NCBI GenBank assembly: GCA_047971215.1
Contig: JBKDZI010000016.1
Coordinates: 1 to 60,739 of the forward strand
Length of the DNA: 60,739 bases
Direction of reading: 5' to 3'
Source: Bacilli bacterium
GTDB lineage: Bacteria; Bacillota_I; Bacilli_A; RF39; JBKDZI01
Shown here: positions 56,826 through 60,739 of the stretch, in pieces
How the letters are laid out: every line of letters begins with the position of its first letter
How positions within the stretch are numbered: position 1 is the first letter of the stretch
Made by a program: the position numbers and the translations under genes
Notes under the pieces: generated by a model
The model's database searches: none
What the model was told of the DNA's origin: nothing
Seen by the model: only the letters and a program-made list of their open reading frames with translations

Positions 56826-59005
56826 TTATTGATGTATTAGTCGAAGTAGGAGTTAAAAAAAACGACGGAATCTTTAAATATAAGGTTCCTGAAGAATATA
56901 GACAATTTATTAAAAAAGGTGTAAGAGTAGTTGCTCCTTTTGGTAATATGACGTTATTAGGTTTTATAATTAATATACGAGAGGAAAATAGTGATTTTAA
57001 GTTAAAAGATATAATAGATGTAATTGATAAAAAGCCAATTATAGATGAAGATCTTTTTAAATTAGCCTATCACCTTAAAGAAACTACACTAGCAAGTTTA
57101 ATATCTTGTTTTCAATGTATGCTTCCAAGAGGTGTCAAAGCTAAAATAAAAGAAAATATTAAACCAAAATATAAAAAGTTCATTAAAAGAAAAGTGAATA
57201 TAAATCAAATTGAAGCAATTATTCAAACTTGTAGATCAAATGTAAGAAAAGAATTATTAACTCGTCTTTTAGACGATGAAATCATTGAATACGAAAGTAA
57301 ATTTAATGTAGCTACCAAAAAATTAATTGAAAAAAGTATAATTGAAATTCTTGAAAAAGAAGAGTATAGATTAAATAATATATCTTCTATAATTGACGAA
57401 AATAAACAATTAAATAATCAGCAACAAATTGTAGTAGATACAGTTTTAAAATCTTTAAATAAAAGTGAAACTTTTTTATTACATGGAGTAACAGGTAGTG
57501 GTAAAACAGAATGTTATATAAATATTATAAAAGAAGTATTAAAACAAGGCAAAAGAGCTTTAATCCTAGTTCCTGAAATTAGTTTATCAATGCAAGTTCA
57601 AAATCAGTTTATAAATAGATTTAATTATAAGATAGCAATACTTCATTCCGGCCTTTCAAAAGGTGAAAAATTTGATGAATGGCGTAAAATTAATAATAAT
57701 GAAGTAGATATAGTAATTGGTGCTAGAAGTGCTATATTTGCTCCGATTAAAAATCTTGGAATTATTATTATAGATGAAGAACATGAATCAACATATAAAC
57801 AAGATAATAATCCAAAATATCATGCAACAGATATAGCTATTTTTCGTAGTAAAAATAATTCTTTTCCAGTTATTTTAGGAAGTGCAACTCCACGGCTTGA
57901 AAGTTATGCAAGAGCAGGTAAAGGTATTTATACTTTACTTACAATAAATAAACGTGCTAATAATAAATTTATGCCTAAAGTTGAAATTGTAGATTTATCT
58001 GAAACAAAATCAGCAAATAATATAATATTTTCTAATAGGCTCTTAGATAAAATTAGAGAAAAAAAAGATAAAAATGAACAAATTATTTTATTTCTAAAGA
58101 GAAGAGGTTTTTCAACCTTTATAACTTGCAAATCTTGTGGTTATGCTTATAAATGCCCTGATTGTGAAATAAGTCTTACATACTATAAATCAAGTAATAT
58201 GCTTAGGTGTAATTATTGTGGATATAATATATCAAAGCCACATATATGTTCTAATTGCAACGAAGATGCTCTTGATTATTTAGGTCTTGGAACAGAAAAG
58301 TTAGAAAAAAAATTACTTGAAATAATGCCTGATCTTAGAACTATTAGAATGGATCAAGATACCACACAAAGAAAAAATTCGCACAAAAATATTATAAATA
58401 AATTCAAAAATCATGAAGTAGATGTTTTAATTGGTACTCAAATGATAGCAAAAGGTTTAGATTTTCCAAATGTTACTTTAGTTGGTGTAGTTAATGCAGA
58501 TTCATCTCTAATGATACCAGATTTTAGAAGTAGTGAAAAAACTTTTAGTTTGTTAATGCAAGTATCTGGTAGAAGTGGAAGAAGTCAAAAAGATGGTGAA
58601 GTTATTATACAAACATATAATAAAGATCATTACAGTATTTTTTATGCTTCTAAGCAAGATTATATTAGTTTTTATAAAGAAGAACTTAAAATACGTCATT
58701 CTACAGGTTATTCTCCATTTTATTATATGATTGGAATAAAGGTAATCTCTTCTGATTATGATTTAGTTAAAAATCATGCAAACAACGTTAAAAACTTTCT
58801 AGCATCTAACTTGTCAATAGAAACGAAAATATTAGGGCCAACGGTATCAAATGTGTTTAAATATAGAAATAAATATAGAATGCAACTAATAATTAAGCAT
58901 AGAAATGATCCTAAATTAAATGAAGCACTTAATACTTTAATCAAGTTATATAACGATATTTCACATATTGATATTGATATTGATATAAACTTTATCAATT
59001 TATAA
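56822..59005 (+). CDS. priA: Primosomal protein N-prime (replication restart helicase PriA)
   Basis: Walker A GVTGSGKTE, DEEH box, Cys-rich Zn region (CKSCGYAYKCPDCE...CNYCGY...CSNC), motif VI QVSGRSGR. ATG 56822 is preferred because of the ATGA overlap. Confidence 0.95.
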   Translation: MIIDVLVEVGVKKNDGIFKYKVPEEYRQFIKKGVRVVAPFGNMTLLGFIINIREENSDFKLKDIIDVIDKKPIIDEDLFKLAYHLKETTLASLISCFQCMLPRGVKAKIKENIKPKYKKFIKRKVNINQIEAIIQTCRSNVRKELLTRLLDDEIIEYESKFNVATKKLIEKSIIEILEKEEYRLNNISSIIDENKQLNNQQQIVVDTVLKSLNKSETFLLHGVTGSGKTECYINIIKEVLKQGKRALILVPEISLSMQVQNQFINRFNYKIAILHSGLSKGEKFDEWRKINNNEVDIVIGARSAIFAPIKNLGIIIIDEEHESTYKQDNNPKYHATDIAIFRSKNNSFPVILGSATPRLESYARAGKGIYTLLTINKRANNKFMPKVEIVDLSETKSANNIIFSNRLLDKIREKKDKNEQIILFLKRRGFSTFITCKSCGYAYKCPDCEISLTYYKSSNMLRCNYCGYNISKPHICSNCNEDALDYLGLGTEKLEKKLLEIMPDLRTIRMDQDTTQRKNSHKNIINKFKNHEVDVLIGTQMIAKGLDFPNVTLVGVVNADSSLMIPDFRSSEKTFSLLMQVSGRSGRSQKDGEVIIQTYNKDHYSIFYASKQDYISFYKEELKIRHSTGYSPFYYMIGIKVISSDYDLVKNHANNVKNFLASNLSIETKILGPTVSNVFKYRNKYRMQLIIKHRNDPKLNEALNTLIKLYNDISHIDIDIDINFINL

Positions 59006-59095
59006 AGATATTTCACTTTTATTATTGCATTTATTCAATAAAAATGATAACTTTATACTGTAGGTAAGACAAATTACCCACGAGGAGGTTCAAAA

Positions 59096-59365
59096 ATGAA
59101 TAAAACTGAATTAGTAGCATTTATTAGTGAAAATGCTGGTTTAACTAAAGCTGATGCTACAAGAGCATTAGAAGCAACTATTGATGGAATTATGGAAGGT
59201 ACAAAAAACGGTAAAGTTACTTTAGTTGGTTTTGGTACATTTGAAATGAAAAGAAGAGAAGCTAGAATTGGAAGAAATCCAAGAACTGGTGAAGAAGTTA
59301 CTATTGCTGCAAGAAATGCTGTTAATTTTAAAGCTGGTAATAAATTCAAAGAAGAACTTAATTAG
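59096..59365 (+). CDS. hup: DNA-binding protein HU
   Basis: MNKTELVAFISE...GFGTFEMKRREARIGRNPRTGEEVTIAARNAVNFKAG. 89 aa. Confidence 0.95.
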   Translation: MNKTELVAFISENAGLTKADATRALEATIDGIMEGTKNGKVTLVGFGTFEMKRREARIGRNPRTGEEVTIAARNAVNFKAGNKFKEELN

Positions 59366-59372
59366 TAACTAT

Positions 59373-59394
59373 AGGGACTATATGTCCTTTTTTT
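59373..59394 (+). terminator. Rho-independent terminator after hup
   Basis: Hairpin agggac-tatat-gtcctt followed by T7. Confidence 0.55.
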
Positions 59395-59406
59395 ATGGGA
59401 GACATA

Positions 59407-60486
59407 ATGAATGATGCAATTGATGTATTAAAATTATTAAATGATAAAATAAATAAAAGTTATATTGTTGGCGGATTTGTACGAGATTATCTTTTAAAAA
59501 GAGGCAGTCCTGATATTGATATTGCAACAAGTATGCCATATGAAAAAGTTATAGTAGTTTTAAAAGATTATATAGTTAATACAAATAAAAATTATTTTAA
59601 TGTAAATATTAAATATAATAATATACCTATGCAAGTAACATCATTTAGAATAGAACACGATTATTTAGATTTTAGACGACCTAGCAAAATAAGTTATACA
59701 TCTAGTTTTATAGAAGATTTGCAAAGAAGAGATTTTACAATTAATACTTTTGCAATAGATGAAAATGGTAATGTATTAGATTTATTAAATGGAAGTTATG
59801 ATCTTTCTTGTAGACTTATAAAAACTGTAGGAAGTGCAGATATTAAAATTAAAGAAGATGCACTTAGAATACTTAGAGCTATTAGATTTTGTATTATTTT
59901 AGATTTTAAATTAGATGAAGAGTTAAAAATTGCTATTATGAAATATAGAGAAAATATAAAATATTTAAGTAAACAGGTTATTAAAAAAGAAATTGATATA
60001 CTATTTGGTCATAAATTTGTTTTAAAATCATTAGAAATTTTTAAGGAATTTGATTTAATTTCAATACTTGAAATTAAAAATACATCTAAATTTAATCCAA
60101 CTTTTGATATTTTAGGAAATTATATGCAATTAGTAAATATAGATTCATATCCTTTTACTAAACAAGAATTAAAAATAATTAGAAAATTAAACGCATTAAC
60201 AAATTCAAATTTAAAAAACCCTATTAATTTGTTTAATCATAGTTTTTTCCAAATTAAAATTGCTTGTCAAATTAAAAATGAAGATTTTGATAAAATAAAA
60301 AATATTTATAAAAACATGGAAATAAAGTATTATAAAGATCTAGAAATTACTACTGATGAAATCATTAAGTTAACTTTATCAAATTATAAGTTAGTAAAAT
60401 CTATCAAAGAAGACATAATACAAAAAATTTTAATTGGCGATATAAAAAATGATAAAAGAAGTATTAAACATTACTTAATATCATAA
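59407..60486 (+). CDS. cca: CCA-adding enzyme / tRNA nucleotidyltransferase (class II polymerase beta family)
   Basis: YIVGGFVRDYLLKRGSPDIDIAT and RRDFTINTFA head-domain motifs, plus ..EDALRILRAIRF. Confidence 0.85.
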   Translation: MNDAIDVLKLLNDKINKSYIVGGFVRDYLLKRGSPDIDIATSMPYEKVIVVLKDYIVNTNKNYFNVNIKYNNIPMQVTSFRIEHDYLDFRRPSKISYTSSFIEDLQRRDFTINTFAIDENGNVLDLLNGSYDLSCRLIKTVGSADIKIKEDALRILRAIRFCIILDFKLDEELKIAIMKYRENIKYLSKQVIKKEIDILFGHKFVLKSLEIFKEFDLISILEIKNTSKFNPTFDILGNYMQLVNIDSYPFTKQELKIIRKLNALTNSNLKNPINLFNHSFFQIKIACQIKNEDFDKIKNIYKNMEIKYYKDLEITTDEIIKLTLSNYKLVKSIKEDIIQKILIGDIKNDKRSIKHYLIS

Positions 60487-60504
60487 TTTTAAACAGGTGA
60501 ACAT

Positions 60505-60600
60505 ATGAAGAAATTATTTTTTTTCCTAATTTCATTTGTTTTTTTTATATCAATTTTTTTAACTTTACCAAACAATAAATATGATTTAAATATTAATTAA
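60505..60600 (+). CDS. Candidate 31-aa hydrophobic peptide
   Basis: RBS AGGTGA lies 4-5 nt upstream. Sequence MKKLFFFLISFVFFISIFLTLPNNKYDLNIN*. Weak support. Confidence 0.25.
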   Translation: MKKLFFFLISFVFFISIFLTLPNNKYDLNIN

Positions 60601-60739
60601 GGAGAAATAGCTTTTTTAATTTTATAAAGAAAATATTACTATTGTATTTTAATTTCGGATAATAAAAATAATTATATAATTTAAGTAAATATTAAAAAAA
60701 GTGAAATATTTAATAACAAAATTAGAAATTTTATTATTA

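Noticed and set aside
59074-59349. 91-aa minus-strand ORF opposite hup
   Set aside because: It is antisense to the highly conserved HU gene. Its hydrophobic Ala/Leu/Ser-rich translation is a mirror artefact of HU codons.
1-60739. CRISPR arrays, insertion sequences, prophage or defence islands
   Set aside because: Reading through all intergenic regions showed no regularly spaced direct repeats. No transposase, integrase, recombinase, restriction, Cas or toxin-antitoxin-like ORFs were recognised. The only sizeable repeat is the pilin duplication.
1-60739. Alternative genetic code (TGA = Trp, as in Mollicutes) suggested by the extreme AT richness
   Set aside because: TGA terminates conserved proteins at their expected lengths (mraZ at 26121-26123, the two DUF2229-like genes, and the ORF before priA). 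Trp is encoded by TGG throughout.

Overview
This is a 60.7 kb, very AT-rich segment (roughly one quarter G+C by eye, not computed) from the chromosome of an endospore-forming Bacillota (Firmicutes) bacterium. It uses the standard bacterial code: TGA terminates conserved genes such as mraZ, and Trp is TGG. Nearly everything is core housekeeping, mostly on the + strand.

Gene content:
- Cell envelope and division: two class B PBPs, ftsW/spoVE-murB-divIB, mraZ-rsmH-ftsL-PBP, uppS, dgkA, rseP.
- Protein targeting: ftsY-ylxM-ffh.
- Translation: rpmG, efp, rpmF, rpsU, glyQS, hisS, an archaeal-type aspS, tRNA-Arg(CCU), rsmD, tmcAL, miaB, ttcA-like, cca, ybeY, era.
- Replication and repair: dnaB-dnaI loaders, priA, recO, ung, hup.
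- Sporulation and germination: spoIIIAH, ylmC/ymxH, yqfC, yqfD, cotE, a CotD-like protein, and a gerA-type A-C-B receptor operon.

Several blocks keep Bacillus subtilis-like local synteny (ylbF-rsmD, tmcAL-rpmF, rpsU-yqeY-yqfC-yqfD-ybeY-dgkA-era-yqzL-recO, miaB-ymcA-cotE, hisS-aspS), but they are shuffled and trimmed.

I saw no rRNA, CRISPR array, transposase, integrase, prophage or recognisable defence or toxin-antitoxin genes. I cannot point to a clear-cut new multi-gene system.

The items most worth a second look:
1. A translationally coupled three-gene cluster (two DUF2229-like Cys-motif paralogs plus an Fe-S activase ATPase) with no substrate-pathway genes nearby.
2. A truncated RelA/SpoT homolog whose synthetase motifs look degenerate.
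3. A promoter-to-terminator structured RNA of about 146 nt between rubrerythrin and a surface-protein gene.
4. Tandem type IV pilin paralogs with a shared N-terminus and divergent C-termini, and no assembly genes nearby.
5. Two single-base frameshifts, one in an ABC ATPase-permease fusion and one in a hypothetical gene at an A7 tract.
6. A phased GTGG repeat array, a candidate MraZ operator.

All functional calls come from motif recognition by eye. No database search was run.
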